Assembly: GCF_006345805.1 (NCBI RefSeq)
Contig: NC_043014.1
Span: forward strand, 34,224,001-34,288,000
DNA length: 64,000 nt
Direction of reading: 5' to 3'
Source: Octopus sinensis
Taxonomy: Eukaryota
Shown: positions 26,154 through 39,762 of the stretch, in pieces
How the letters are laid out: every line of letters begins with the position of its first letter
Numbering within the stretch: position 1 is the first letter of the stretch
Translations under genes and position numbers: made by a program
Notes under the pieces: generated by a model
What the model was told of the DNA's origin: nothing
Seen by the model: the letters and a program-made list of their open reading frames with translations, nothing else
Database searches by the model: none

Positions 26154-28132
26154 GTAAATATTACATTTCAAGCCGTTTCCAAAACTATTCTTTGAACATG
26201 AACATGAAAATGTCTCTCGTCCATTAATTCACTCTAAATTATCGGCTTTTATTGTTATTGTTTTTTTTATTTCATGGTTTCGGCTGAAATTTTTCTAACA
26301 AGGATGTTAATAGTTATTATAGCTGGTTGTCTCAACAAGAAATAAATATATTAATATAAATTTCCAAAGTTTTTTTCCCCCCTACAAAATCTTTAGATGG
26401 TCAGAAAATATTCAGTTTACTAAATAGAAATGAAATATGCCACTTGGTTTCAATACGAAATATACATTTTCAGTTATCCTAATGCATGAAGAACCTCTTC
26501 CGAACTTTCTAAATTTCTTACTTTTAGGTTTTATTTCACGTAACATTACAGAACATTTACCAATTTATCTTATGATTGATAAATTCCTAATCTAAATGTT
26601 TAACCCACGTTTAGTTTTTTTTTTTTTCACGGAAAAAAAATTTCGTTTTCTCTGCGTTACGTTTGTAATTTTTCATTAAAATAATTAAGTATAACTGGTA
26701 ACAAATTTTGTTAATAGAGATCCTATTAGAAATAAATTATAATACCATAATTCGGAAATGATTATCTTACAACTGAAACTCGAGAGACTTCGACAAAAGC
26801 TGCCGGAATATGGCCATTGTTAGTTTCCTAAATATTTTATTTTGTTTTTAGTTTATCCGTTGTTTCTCTGGTTCTTGCATATCACTTAGATTGTGATCTA
26901 TATCTTGTTATTTATCAGATTTTTAAGTTTTGCTTCAGATATTTATTTTATATACTCTGTTTATATTTAGCATTGTGTTTGATTGATTAAGTCTAAATAT
27001 TATGAAAACGTTAATCTTCTTCTTGTCAACTTGTATCACATCAATCTTCCATTCCATATAAACATATTGGTAAATTTAGGATTTGATGAGTGATTTTTAT
27101 TGTTTCCGTTACGTTCTTTTACCAAATAGAACCAACGGCAAAGCCTCTGTGGTTGCTATAAAAGCAGCCAAATCTACTTCAACATGCATCCAACCGTCTT
27201 AAGACAGAGAAAAAAACTCGCTGTTTGCGAGGAGAAATAAGAAGATGAAATGCCTTCTATCAGAGTTGGTAAACGACGTTTACGAAATTATAAACATGCG
27301 ATAATATTCTGCCTGTGTAGATTTTACATATGTCTTTCGAATTATATCAGTACATACCAATAATTATATGAGAAGGTATCCTGGAACCGCAGAAATACAT
27401 CAGGATTGTTAACAGTTGTTTTGCTCCAGGTCAGCGTGACCGTGCAAGCTTCTGATCAAATGCATTCTGAGTATATAGAACTACTTTGAGATCTTTACCA
27501 TTCAAATTTAAAACTAGGTAATGCAGTGCTTTGCAGACTTTTTGCTGGAGCGGAATCCCAAGGAAACATTCCACTGGCTCGAGGAACCCCTGTGCAATAA
27601 GTTTAATAGTCTTATGCACACATGTCTGTACAGGAGAATTAAAAATTACTGCCGATTTTAGCAGTTTTGTAACTTCTTGCGGAACCCTGGTTGAAAACCA
27701 CTGAGGTATGTAGATAGAAGGGAATTTGGCTATTTCTTAGTTTTTTTTTTTTGTTTTTAGCGGTTACCTAAAGGCTCGCTCATCAACGTGTTAATTATCG
27801 TGATGAATGCCGTTATGTCTTAGATTTTAGTCGAGTCTTATCTATCTTCGAGTTCTGCTGATAGAAAAGGCATGGGTGTCACAACTTCCCGATTTTCTAA
27901 TACACAAATTACTAGATTTTCCGACATCGGTTATGTCCCTTTAAATAGTTTTTTTTCCAGTTTAGCGGCAATCAATCGTTTTTAGTCTCAGAAATGCCAT
28001 TTGCAACTAGTCATTTGTTAGTTTTCGTGAAAAGTTTTTATTTACTTTTGACTTGTCGGAAGTGGAAGAAGCTAATGGGTGTACGTGTGGGTGTGCGCGA
28101 ACGTGTTATTTTATGTATTTGTACTCTCACAG

Positions 28133-28162
28133 ATTTTACATACACAAATGAAACCGAACAAG
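28133..28162 (+). other. Candidate 30-nt internal exon (ILHTQMKPNK in the uORF frame)
   Basis: ttttatgtatttgtactctcacag|ATTTTAC...AACAAG|gtaaga: strong acceptor and donor, length a multiple of 3. Confidence 0.45.
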
Positions 28163-28251
28163 GTAAGAACGAACCCTTAGCTGCCTAAATATAGCTGAGA
28201 AGGCCAAAATAAACTTTGTGTGTAACTCTAGAGCTATATAGCACCAAACGA

Positions 28252-28296
<45 letters not shown>

Positions 28297-28304
28297 ATGT
28301 GTGT

Positions 28305-28666
28305 GGTAACTGTTCAGTTTAGTGATATTAAAAAGGTAAATAAAAATTAAGGGGGAGATAACTAGTAAAGGGACAGAAAAGCCAACATAAATACTGGATA
28401 TTTAATTTGGAATCGATCAGAATGGCACGTGGAAGACCAGCGGGACCGCAATTCATTGTTCCTGAAATTGAAATCCTCAACCGTGAATCAATCTTGGAAT
28501 ATCACCCAATTAGCTGAATCACGAGACAAAATTCTTCAGTGGTTGGTCCGGCGTCGACTAATTATGAATTTATACACATGCGAAAAATATAATTCGCCAA
28601 GTTACTTTACTACAGTAATCTCCCCCTTAATTTTACTTTTTACTATCACTAAGCTGAACAATTACC
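28305..28666 (+). mobile_element. Non-autonomous DNA transposon (Merlin/IS1016-like) with long TIRs, in (TA)n
   Basis: TIRs ggtaactgttcagtttagtgat... and ...atcactaagctgaacaattacc; internal ILQWLVRRRLIMNLYTCEKYNSP resembles an ISXO2/Merlin transposase N-terminus. Confidence 0.65.
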
Positions 28667-28697
<31 letters not shown>

Positions 28698-29100
28698 TTA
28701 TTTATTTATTTATTAGAAGCTGACGCCTCTGAAATTGTTACTGACTTTTTGGGACAATCATATAGGCGTGCTTTGAATTTAGGACTTTCATTTTTGTCAA
28801 TAACCAACCAGCTCGTACCATTTGGTTTGGCGGTAATATATATACACACACACACACACTCGCTCACAATGTGTGTGCATTATGGTATGTTTCGAATTGC
28901 CCAAGACTGTGGCCTTAACTCATTAAAGCGAGATAGCTGATGTTATTCTGTAGATATATAGAGTGATTGTACAATCCGTACTTTTTTCCCCCCTTGTACA
29001 GCTTTCACTCATAAAAGTTTGTCCATTCTGAAACCTATTTTGTCAACGTTGGAGTCTAACTCCAACAAGCGTTCGCGCGTTGTACTAAGAGATCTGCATA

Positions 29101-29191
29101 GGCGGAGGTAAAGAATACGCACACCACCCGTTTTCGGCGTAACCAAACCCCTAACCCTAATCACCGGTTGTGCGTATTTTTTACCTTCGCC
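29101..29191. mobile_element. 91-bp MITE with internal CCCTAA repeats
   Basis: TIRs ggcggaggtaaagaatacgcac / gtgcgtattttttaccttcgcc; core ccctaaccctaa. Confidence 0.75.
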
Positions 29192-29556
29192 AAATGGTGT
29201 TTGTCATCTTGTCAAGTCATATACTGCCAGTTAATAACAGTTTAAGTATTATTCGATTTGCTACTTTAAACTATAATTTGTTGCATTTTTTCCACAGAAT
29301 CTTTATTTCTGTTCACTACTGAAATTAGTATTGAGATTAATGTGTCCCAAATACGGCGTGTTTATGCTTGTTATAAGTTTGGATCGGCGCTTTCTGAGAA
29401 AAATTGCCAAAGGTTTCACTTTTAAAAACGATAAACATGTAATGGTGAATGAACTGTTTCAAACTGATTTTTTTATTGCCGAGCAAAAATCTTAAGAATC
29501 TCAATCAAAATTCTTTATAGAGAAACTTTATAAAACATTAACTGTGATTTTAAAGG

Positions 29557-30046
29557 GTAAATATTTCGTAAAGAACCCATTCGTACCTCGGTGTGAAATC
29601 ATTTTTTTTTCCACGGGTCTTTTCGAGTGCATACAACATATCTGACCTGCAAACCCGCCGCAATCCACTTTTTTCCGGAAAAGAAGGGGGGAGAGTTGGT
29701 GGGAAACTGAGTTTTGTTTCGCGGGTTTTTGTTTTTCTTTTCCAGGTTATTTCAATACTTTCAATGAATGTCACATCGAAATCACGCGTAAACAGCACCT
29801 TCCGCCAGAAAAAGGAAAGATTTGGCTGCTATTTCTAGCACGCCCTGCTACCATTTAACAGCTATGTGCAATATAAGACCCGCCGATATTTCGCTGTGAA
29901 ATAATTTTTTGACACTCCCTTTTCTTTTCTGGAAAAAAATTGGCTTGCGGCGGGTTTGCAGCTCAGACACATTTAATGCACTCGAAAAAACACGTGAAAA
30001 AAATTTTCACACCGACGTACGAATGAGTCCATTACAAAATATTTAC
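29557..30046. mobile_element. Foldback with ~135-bp imperfect inverted arms, probably part of a larger DNA transposon (~29350-30400)
   Basis: cattcgtacctcggtgtgaaa...ctgcaaacccgccgcaa versus ttgcggcgggtttgcag...tttcacaccgacgtacgaatg. Confidence 0.7.
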
Positions 30047-30693
30047 TAAAATTATTTTTCCCCATGTAGAACCCACACGAATCAACTTTGTTTATTCATA
30101 ACTTTCAGTAAAATCTGTGCTTTGTAATGAAATATTCTACAAACACCTAGAGTTACTGAATTACGATAATATCGAAATTCAATGTGAAAAGAAAAATGGT
30201 GAGTACATATACATACTGACACATAATTTTTTTCGAAATTTCAAATTTCAATTTGTATGTGTGCAAGCCCACTAATTTTTCTCCTCTCCCCACCCCAGCC
30301 ACGAAAAAACGTTTTTTCACAGTAAATTCCAATATAATCGAATTCTATACCATCTGAAGCTTATTTATAGAAACTTTCATTTAAAAATATCAACTTTTCT
30401 AGTAGTGTGCTTTGGTGATCCATCTGAACATCGATCGCTAACACTTTCGGCCGATCTGTCCAGGTTAGGCGTCCCTACACTCACACACTATCCATGGTGT
30501 TGCTGTTCCCGCTGCCCCGCGCACGGTCGAACGCACCCATCCATATATAAGAATTGGGTTTATTACAGGTACGACCTGGCTTCTCTGTCACGCTAGTGTA
30601 GATCAAATTGGGAAGTTGGGGGAGACTTCAAATTATGACGCTCCACTACGGCACTGCACGTGGCAGTATGCCATTCACATCCAGTTTTTTTGT

Positions 30694-30918
30694 GGAGGCG
30701 CAATGGCCTAGTGGTTAGGGCAGCGGACTTGCGGTCGGAGGATCGCGGTTTCGATTCCCAGACCGGGCGTTGTGTGTGTTTATTGAGCGAAAAACACCTA
30801 AAAGCTCCACGAGGCTCCGGCAGGAGGTGGTGATCCCTGCTGTACTCTTTCACCACTCTAAAGGCGGTGCTCCAGCATGGCCGCAGTCAAAATGACTGAA
30901 ACAAGTACAAAAAAAAAA
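30694..30918 (+). mobile_element. tRNA-derived SINE, family C, with a 3' tail shared with family A
   Basis: A-box TGGCCTAGTGG, B-box GGTTTCGATTCC; tail aaggcggtgctccagcatggccgcagtcaaa nearly identical to 8487-8530; ends in A-run. Confidence 0.85.
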
Positions 30919-33824
30919 GTTGTGAGGAAGCAGCCAGGGAGTATAAATTGTGTAGGTATGCCATCTCACATTGTGTTCATATCGAAAGATGACCGAAAGT
31001 CCAAATAGCTGTTTAAGCGTATCATTTAGTTATTTTATAGCATAAAAAACAGGTCTTTCCTTGAATTTAGTGCTCTGTTTTTACTTTGTCAACGCTAGGC
31101 TAATATCCTTTTGTTTGTCGCCAGCGAAGCCTATCGTAAATATGTGTTATAATTGTTCGACATTTAATTATTCAGTGTGAGTTCTTTGTCAGATCGTTTA
31201 GCATATAAAAGCGTTACCCTAAAAGTTTATTTGAAATAATTTTCGCAATACTTAATTAATGCTTTTTACATTGTCATATACGTTACTTTTGTTCTTTTGC
31301 TCAAGTATTTGATACGAGAATCCAATTTTCGTTTCTTCAGAGTGCAGAACCCAGTTTTTCGGTTTTGTTTTCTGAGGAAATCTGTGCAATCTACTTTGCC
31401 TTATATATTTCAATCAGTATCATTTGAAACTAAAAGACCTGCAGCTTTGAAATATATTTGGGCATTTGGCTTGAGATTGTCAGTTGTGTACCCTTACAGA
31501 CTGCTAGTCTACTTTAAGGGAATTTCAATTAATATTAAGTCTGAAAAGAAAAGGAAAATGTAATAGGATGATTACAATACCTTTTCACTTGGTAAACTTT
31601 GTATGCATTACAGTCTCAAATGTGACGTTTTTTTAAAACTTAAAATCAGTAATGTATTTTTATCCTCTTCTGGGTGTTTTTTTCTTTTACTATTTGTCCT
31701 CGAGGAAGGGGCTGTTCCTTTTGGCCTTCACATGTACTTCAAGATTGGTGAGACTAATATGGTTAACATTCCTCTTGAGCAAGTTGATTATTGCAGAAAA
31801 ATCATGTGCAAGGAGAATATTACAGATGGGTGATGCTCTAGGGAAGGAAAGCTGAGCATGGTAATTAAAAGCAGGACCTGAGGAGTGGTGGTGGTGGTGG
31901 TCAGTAGTAATGATACAATGGGTGACAGGATGAGAGATTGCTGAGTAGGAAATGCTTCAGTCTAGCTGCAGTCAAATGACTGAAAGAATAAAAAGAAAAT
32001 ACTAAATTTTAAAATATTTCAAATAAGTATTAGGTTTTATTAATTTAAATAACACAAATTGCAGTTGCTTATAATTTTATCTTAGCTTTTCAGTTTTCGT
32101 ATGTAATAGTTTCTGTTTGGGAGATGACATATTTTTAAATAATCTCTTAATATTGGATATTTTCTTCTATTACAAAACAACTGTGTAAAAACATCCCTGT
32201 TTAAGTGACATAAATGAATGTTAATATTAGTTAGCCTATTTTAAATACTAAAGTTTTAGCTTATTTAATGTACCAAGCATTAAAAAGCTAACTAGAAATA
32301 ATTATGTGATAAGAAGATAAATTATATTAGTTTATTTTTTTGTGTGTGTTTTTTTTTTGCAAATATTTGCTCTCAACTTTCTCTTGCTTGGCTCTAGAAG
32401 AAATTCTTACAGTGACATGCTTGCAATTTGAAGCCGAGAAACACTTCGGATGGGTTGTTGAACACGTTTTGTAGCAGCACATTTTTAGTTAATACTTTTT
32501 TTTCATTGATAGGGTTTTGACTTTTCCATCCTGATTCTCAGCTTGTTCAGCTGGAAAATGGCTATCTCTGAATTGGCATTTCACTTGCATTTAAACTTTG
32601 GATCTTCAAATGCCACAAATGCTGTTGCAAGAATTTTAAAACTTCACTGATTGTCATGCCACTACAGTACAGGCCACCCTCAATGCTAACCAGAGTGGTT
32701 TGGATACACTCAGTTTTCCATTACAAGTAGATTTAGCAATAGTAAAAATTTACCTTATGGCAAGGTGGCTAAAGAGCAGACAGCATTACAATCTAACTAT
32801 TCTGATGCAACAAATCTAATCTGTTATTACTATTAAGGCTAAGTTCCAACCTAGCCACAGCAACAAAGTTCATCATCACTGCTTCGAGGTCCTGGATACA
32901 TTCCAGGCCAGTGTCTGCAATTGAGTTGTCAATGTGCAATATTTTCCTTTTCTTACATCACCATGAAGTGGAATCCACAAAGCTAATTTGGATGCTTCCA
33001 GCTCAGGGTGATATACGCAGTGACCAGATAGTCACAGCTGTCTTTGCCTGATATTCTTTCTAGCTTTTGGCAGATCTCCATAAAAGCATCACTTGTCATG
33101 TTGCTGTCATACGACAAATGAATGTCTAATCTGTGATGCAATCTGCAGCAGTTTTCTCGAGCAGTAACCTGATGAAATCAATATTAGGCTTAGGTTTTGT
33201 TGTTTGTGTCAAAGAAAGTACTTGTTGCTCTTTGGTGATGGAAACCTGTTGTAGTTTATGATCCTGAACTGTGCTCTACTCTGTTTGGTATGGTTGTGAT
33301 TGCCACTCACAGGAATGAGCCTTGCAAGTGAAAATGGTTCTGTCTCCCTCACCATTCTTAAGGGTAACATATTCTGTTTGTTGAGACTATGAAACATTTG
33401 CATGTACTATCAACATCATTATTTTAATGTTCACTTTTCCATGCTTGCATGGGTCAAATGGAATTCATTGTGCCAGATTTTCTATAGCCAGATCCTCTCT
33501 GTCACCAACCCTCATCTGTTTCCAAGTTAGCTAATACTTTTCCTTGACTGGACATGACTTTATAGAAGACTGTAAACAGATAGGTGCTGGCATGGCTGAC
33601 CAGTAAAAAGCTTTGGGGCTTTGGGGGAGGGGGGCTTATGGTAGATATGTGAGGGTATTAAGGGTGATAGCAGAAAGATGACAGGTGGAGACAGTAGGCA
33701 GTGAGGAAGACTATGGGAACTGAAAGTGGGTTAAGGTGGAGGAAGAAAGGTAACTGAGAAGGGTAAGGAGTGTAGTAAGTGCCAATTCTGCTCTAAGGTG
33801 ATAGAGGAAGTGATGAGTGTGCTT

Positions 33825-34050
33825 TTCAACTACGTGGTTCTGGGTTCATCTTGGGCCGACCAAAGTCTTGTGAGTGGATTTGGTAGACAGAAACTGAAAG
33901 CAGCCTATCGTGCGTGTGTGTATATATATATGTGTATATATATGTTTATGTGAGTGTTTTTGTATCTGTCTTCTGCCACTGCTTGACAAGTGGTGTTGGT
34001 GTGTTTACATCCTCATTTCAGCAAAAGATACTGATAGAATAAGTACTAAA
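33825..34050 (+). mobile_element. SINE family A, deleted copy
   Basis: gggccgaccaaagtcttgtgagtggatttggtagacagaaactgaaag matches 8240-8290. Confidence 0.8.
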
Positions 34051-36679
34051 CTTAAAAAAAAATATTAATTCCCAATTTTCCTTCAAATCACAGTCTTAAA
34101 AAAAGGGAGGATATATTGACTGATGGGTACTTTACTGTTACCGGCAGCTAATTTTTTATTTTCCAGAGTGTTAGTAAATAAACCATGACACTTGCGAGAC
34201 AGGTGTAATAGTTGATTGACAGACTTCTCATGGAGAGAAGTACCAGTAGAAATTTACCGTAAAAGACATAGGATTGGAGAGCAAAAATGTAAAAAAGAAG
34301 AATGTTTTGGACAAAAAATTCTTTCACGAAGGAAACAATCATCAAATTCTTTGCCATTTTCCTTGTCTGTGGGGTAGTGATAGCTGTTCTGAAAGCCCAC
34401 TGTTTCACTATTATACCTGTCTTACAAATAGGGAGTTCAAGGATAGCAGTCAAACCATCATTCATCTTGGTTGCTTTCAAAAATAGTATTTTTTTTCTTC
34501 TTATTCTGGCGTGTTACATCTTGTGTTATGTTGATAAATTTACTTTTTGATAAAGTGTCCTCAACTCTCAACACTTTTTTAAATGCTGTTCTTGTCTTGC
34601 ATGCATCTCCTTGATTTTACAGTATTTTGTCTCTTCAGCATGCTTTGATTTTGGTTGTTGAAAATTATATATTCCTCCACTACTGTTCCTTCCTTTGGTT
34701 CCTCATACATTTGCTCCTCTTCCTACTGACCATAAATTTATTAGAACGTTTAAATACAAAGAAACAGGAGAGAAGAAAGGAGAAAAAGTAGTGGTGGGGT
34801 AAAGTAGCAGACAAGGGAGGGGGCCACACTTTAGAACAAATGGTATGCCCAGCTGTGCCCTTCAGTAATGAATGTGATGGCATTGCTACAGAGAATGGTC
34901 AGAGACACTTACTGTGGCAGCTACTCCACCTTGCAGGGCTAATTTCTCCAACAGGTTGCCTATGCCTCTATTTTGTGGAAGAAATCAGTAGTAGGGGGAC
35001 CTAGAACACCTGGCATCTGATATTGACCAGCCAGACCCCTGTATTTGTTGAATTTAATAAATTTTTATTCATTAATCAAGGCAAATCATTATGGCTCTAT
35101 GAATTCTTATTTAATATAATCTATTTTGAAACACATTTTGTTTCAAAAATTTTCCAAAGTTTTCTTGAATTATTAATCACATCATCATACATCCATTTTT
35201 CCATGTATGATAGAGGGAATTTGTTGAGGCAGATTTTTTTTGACTGCATAGCTTTCCTTTCAACCATGACCTTGTTTTCAAGCAAGCTAATATATAGCTT
35301 ATGGTTGAGGGGAATATGTTTAAATTTGACTTCTTGCAGTAAGCTTAACTGAGGATGGGATAAGAATGTATAATTCAAAGCCCGAAACCAGTATTAAGCA
35401 ATCTGCCATTTCCTCTGCGACCTTCACAAAGGTAGGAGCCTAATTTTTAATTCTTATTCCTTGCCTGATTTTTCATCATGTTTGTTCGTAAAGTTAGCTC
35501 TCTGTGACTTCCGAGGTCATTTGACTTCTATCTCTAGCAAAGCTGGTACTCTTCCAGTACTATCATATTTTTAAAACTTGCCTGCATGGTTCATGCTTTG
35601 AATAGTCACTAATATTACTAATTTTATTATTAATGATATACTTGTATATCTGTTTTTAAATGGTGTCGTGAGTTGATCATTAATTCATCTAAATCTTAAG
35701 TTTTACACATCTGTTTAGTATAACAGTGTTACAACTTTTTACAATCCCATTGTATCTCCTGTCTATAACATGGTGGCTTTAATTTTCCCTCTATCTTGTA
35801 CATGCTCTGTATGTGTATTTTTATTTATGGCTGTATAGTTAGAGGAGGTGTGGTGCTCATTCCCCTTATCAGTGCCTCTGAGTGAGAGGCAAGTAGAAAG
35901 TTATCTCCAACCCAGTGACTTGGTCCAGGTGCTTGCAACAGAGTGCATTCTGCTAAAGACACACAAGAGCTAGATATGGTGGTATGAAACTGGATGACAT
36001 TAAGTCCATCTCCCATAAGCAGGAGTGGTCCTTCTAACTGCTTTCGTAGTTTCTACCGTTCAACTTTCACTTATGATCCTGGTCAAACTGGAGCTCTGGT
36101 AAACATGTCATTGCAGAGCAAGCTTATCTATACAACCATACCTATAAATATCATTATTGGTGCAAATTACTGTATATACCCTACATTATTGGTTTGTCTT
36201 GACCTAACTCTTCTGCTTATTGAAGTATGTTTAAAGACCAATGTTAGGGTTTTACTTGTGTCAGCGAATGAACTAACAAAGTAGGGTTGAACCAGGAAGC
36301 TGGTAAATGCGGATGCCAAATGCTGTATGTAAACATTGACATCTTGAAGCTAATGCTTTGAGTAATTCAAAGCAATTTGAATAAATAAGCAATTACATTT
36401 GACAATAATTTCAATGCTTAAAGGGTGAACCCACCTAATCATGAGGTTGTGTTATGTTAGAGTTCAAAGTGTGTGTATATATAGTTACAAAAGTTTAGCC
36501 TATTGAGATGTACACTGGTCATATCAGGCTGAAATATTCTTTTTTTTTTTGTGTTCAAGCCAGTCAGATCCTGTCTCTCACACCTACCCTACAATGTCAT
36601 TCTAAAAATAATCACATCAAAATTTCAAAGCTCTGAGATGATGCGTCATTAATTCAAAACAATGACCAATCTAGAAAAG

Positions 36680-39334
36680 GACTTGGAAGCTTAAGAACCT
36701 TTCGCAGGGTCAGAGATTTAGGGTTATCTTTGCCGAGAAATTTGATGATAGGGAGGAGAAGCTACAATCCTGTGACATAGAAGGCAGTTGGGAATTCCTG
36801 CGAGACAGCTTGCTGTGTGTCACAGACCAAATTTGTGGCTGGTGCAAAGTCCCATCCAGACCTAGGGTAACATTGTGGTGAAACAAATACTGTAGACAAG
36901 GCCATTACAGCAAAGAAACAGGCTTGGAAGGCCTGGAAGAGTTGGGGTAGCAGGAGAATGTATCAGATAGCTAAAAGGGAAGCTAGGAGGCAGGTATATA
37001 TAGCCAAGAGAGTGGCAGAAAAGAAGTTTGTTAAAGTTCAGCGACGTGAGGAACAAATAACTGAAATATTTTGGATTGCAAGACAGTGTGAGAGAGAAAA
37101 CCGTGATGTGATAGGAGAGAAATGTGTCCACATGGATGATGGTGCCCTTGCATTTAATAATTCTGGAAGAAAGAGGCTTGGAGATGCCATTATGAAAGAC
37201 TGCTGAATGTAGAGAATGAATGGGAGGAGGAGGAGTTTGCCAAAGGTTGATCCAATTGAGGGACCAGCTACCTAAATCAACAGTACCCTAGTAGATAAAG
37301 CAGTTAAGGATATGAAGACAGGGAAAGCACCTGGCCCATCAGGAATCACTGCTGAGATGCTTAAAATGTCGTGCGGTGTGGGTTATGGTCTTATCACCTG
37401 CATCGTAAATCAGGTAGTTCATGAAGGAGTCGTGCACAATAACTGGTGTAGCAGCACCATGGTCAACTGCTACAAGGAGAAAGTTGATGCTTTAGATAGA
37501 AATAACTATAGGGGTGTCAAATTATGGGACCAAGTGATGAAAGTTACAGGGAGGGTCATAGCCCAACTAATTAGGGAGAGATTTAGCCTAGATGAGATGC
37601 AGTTTGGTTTCATGCCAGGCAGAATTGATGCTATATTTCTGGTAAGGCAACTGCAGGAAAAATATCTAGCTAAAGATAAGCCTCTGTACTTGGCTTTTAT
37701 TGGCTTGGAGAAAGCCTTTGATAGGGTCCCCTGATCCCTTATCTGGTGGTCAATGTGGAAACTGGGGATAGACGATTGCTTGGTAAGAGCTGTACAGGGA
37801 TGCTGTCAGTAAGGTAAGGGTTGACAACGAGTATAGTGAAGATTTCCGAGTAGAAGTAGGGGTTCACTAAGGACCGGCCCTCTTATTCATTATAGTCCTC
37901 CGGGCAATAACAGGAATTCAAGACAGGGTGCCCTTGGGGGCTCCTCTATGCTGATAACCTTGCTCTAATAGCCAAATCACTGCCAGAACTAGAGACAAAG
38001 TTTAGGGTGTGGAAGCAAGGTCTAGAATTGAAGGGCCTTAGGGTTAACGTAGCAAAAACTAAAGTCTTAGTAAGTAGGAACGCTGTCATATCACAAACCC
38101 ATTTCAGGTAGATGGCCCTGCTCGATCTATAGAAAAGGCGTGAGTAGAAAACTCCATACAATATACCCGGTATAAGCTATGGACACATAAAAGGTGCAGC
38201 AATATCAAAGAAGGTTAACCACGAAGATAGTTTTTGTGTGTGGCAGATGCATAGGGGCAATAAACACTGAAGATGTACAGAAAACACATTCCATCACATG
38301 CCAGTGGGAGAAACTAGAAGTAGTTAATAGCTTCTGCTACCATGGCGACCATGTCTGTTGTGGGGATGGTTGCTCTGAGAGTGTCACAGCTAGAATAAGA
38401 ATAGTCTGAGCAAAGTTCAAAGAGCTTCTATCTCTGCTGGCTACTAAGGACCTCTTGGTCAGGATGAAAGGTAGACCGTATGATGCATGTGGGCAAACTG
38501 CCATATTACACGGCAGTGAAACATAGGCCATGACTGCTGAGGACATGCGTATGCTTGAAAGAAATGAAGCAAGTATGATCCGCTGGATGCGTAATGTTAG
38601 TGTGCATACACGACAGTGTGTAAGGGCCCTGAGAGAAAAGTTGAGTATAAGAAGCATCAAATATGGTGTGCAAGAGAGATGACTGCACTGGTATGCTCAT
38701 GTGTTACGTATGTATGAGGACAGCTGTGTGAGGAAGTGCCACTCCCTAAATGTGGAAGAAATCTGTGGAAGAGGTAGACCCAGGAAGACATGGGATGAGG
38801 TGGTGAAGCATAACTTTCGAACATTAGGCCTCACAGAAGCAATGGCAGGATACCAAGACCTTTGGAGATATGCTGTGATTGAGAAGACCCGGCAACTATA
38901 GTGAGATTGCAGCCATGCATGTCCGACCCAGTTAAGAGTACCTCTGATGTGTCAGGTGATATGATATGCTTGAGAAGACCTGTTGAGTCATGTAAAACCA
39001 ATATCATAGCTGTGGCCAGTGGCCCTTGACTGGCACGTAAAAAACACCATCCAAACGTGGCTGATGCCAGTACCCCTGACTGGCCCCCATACCATGGCAC
39101 ATAAAAAGCACTATCCAAATGTGATTGATGTCAAGCCCACCTGACTGGCTCCTGTGCTGATGGCACATAAAAAGCACCCACTACACTCTAGGAGTGGTTG
39201 GCATTAGGAAGGGCATCCAGTTATAGAAGCATTACCAGATCAGATTGGAGCTTGGTGCAGCCACTGGGTTTCCAGACTTCAGTCAAACTGTCCAACCCAT
39301 ACCAGCATGGAAAATGGACGTTAAACGATGATGA
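36680..39334 (+). mobile_element. RTE-clade (RTE-X-like) LINE, 5'-truncated, inactivated
   Basis: MKTGKAPGPSGITAEML, NYRGVKL, MQFGFMPGR, EKAFDRVP, LLYADNL, Cys/His finger (KLWTHKRC...FVCGRC), GRGRPRKTW; many stops; (GAT)n tail at ~39327. Confidence 0.92.
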
Positions 39335-39559
39335 TTGCTCTTTTAGAATGAGAGAGAAATGGTGATTGAGAGTAATTATAATAAATGCCAGCTAACATGT
39401 TTTGTACAAGAAGTAATGTTGCTAGTTTTTGTTAGGTGCATCTGCTAATGCACAATGCATACGCAAACCAGCTATATATTGCGAAATAACAAATATTGCT
39501 ATAAGAACATCTTTCTCTTTCCATTTTGATAGCAACCACTCTTCGTCCCATGAACCCTT

Positions 39560-39762
39560 CAGTATTCTTATTACTCTGTCAAATGTAATGTTTGTTTATA
39601 TTGTTTTGAATTAATCATGCATTATCTTGTTTAAAGATTTCTTTGATGTGATTGTTTAGTTTTAGAATGACATCAAATGGTTGAGGTGGGAGGCCAGATC
39701 TAGCCAGATACAACACAAAACAGGTTAAATATTTTGGCCAGCTTGAATGCTAAAGGATTAAA
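39560..39762 (-). mobile_element. piggyBac-type MITE (degenerate)
   Basis: Reverse similarity to 61402-61622; ends gaatgctaaagga-ttaa. Confidence 0.6.

Noticed and set aside
30694-30770. tRNA gene
   Set aside because: Has A/B boxes but no proper acceptor stem or oligo-T terminator, and continues into a SINE body and tail.
32380-35560. Hidden coding exons in moderately GC-richer patches
   Set aside because: No consistent frame, splice pair or recognisable motif; probably ancient TE debris.
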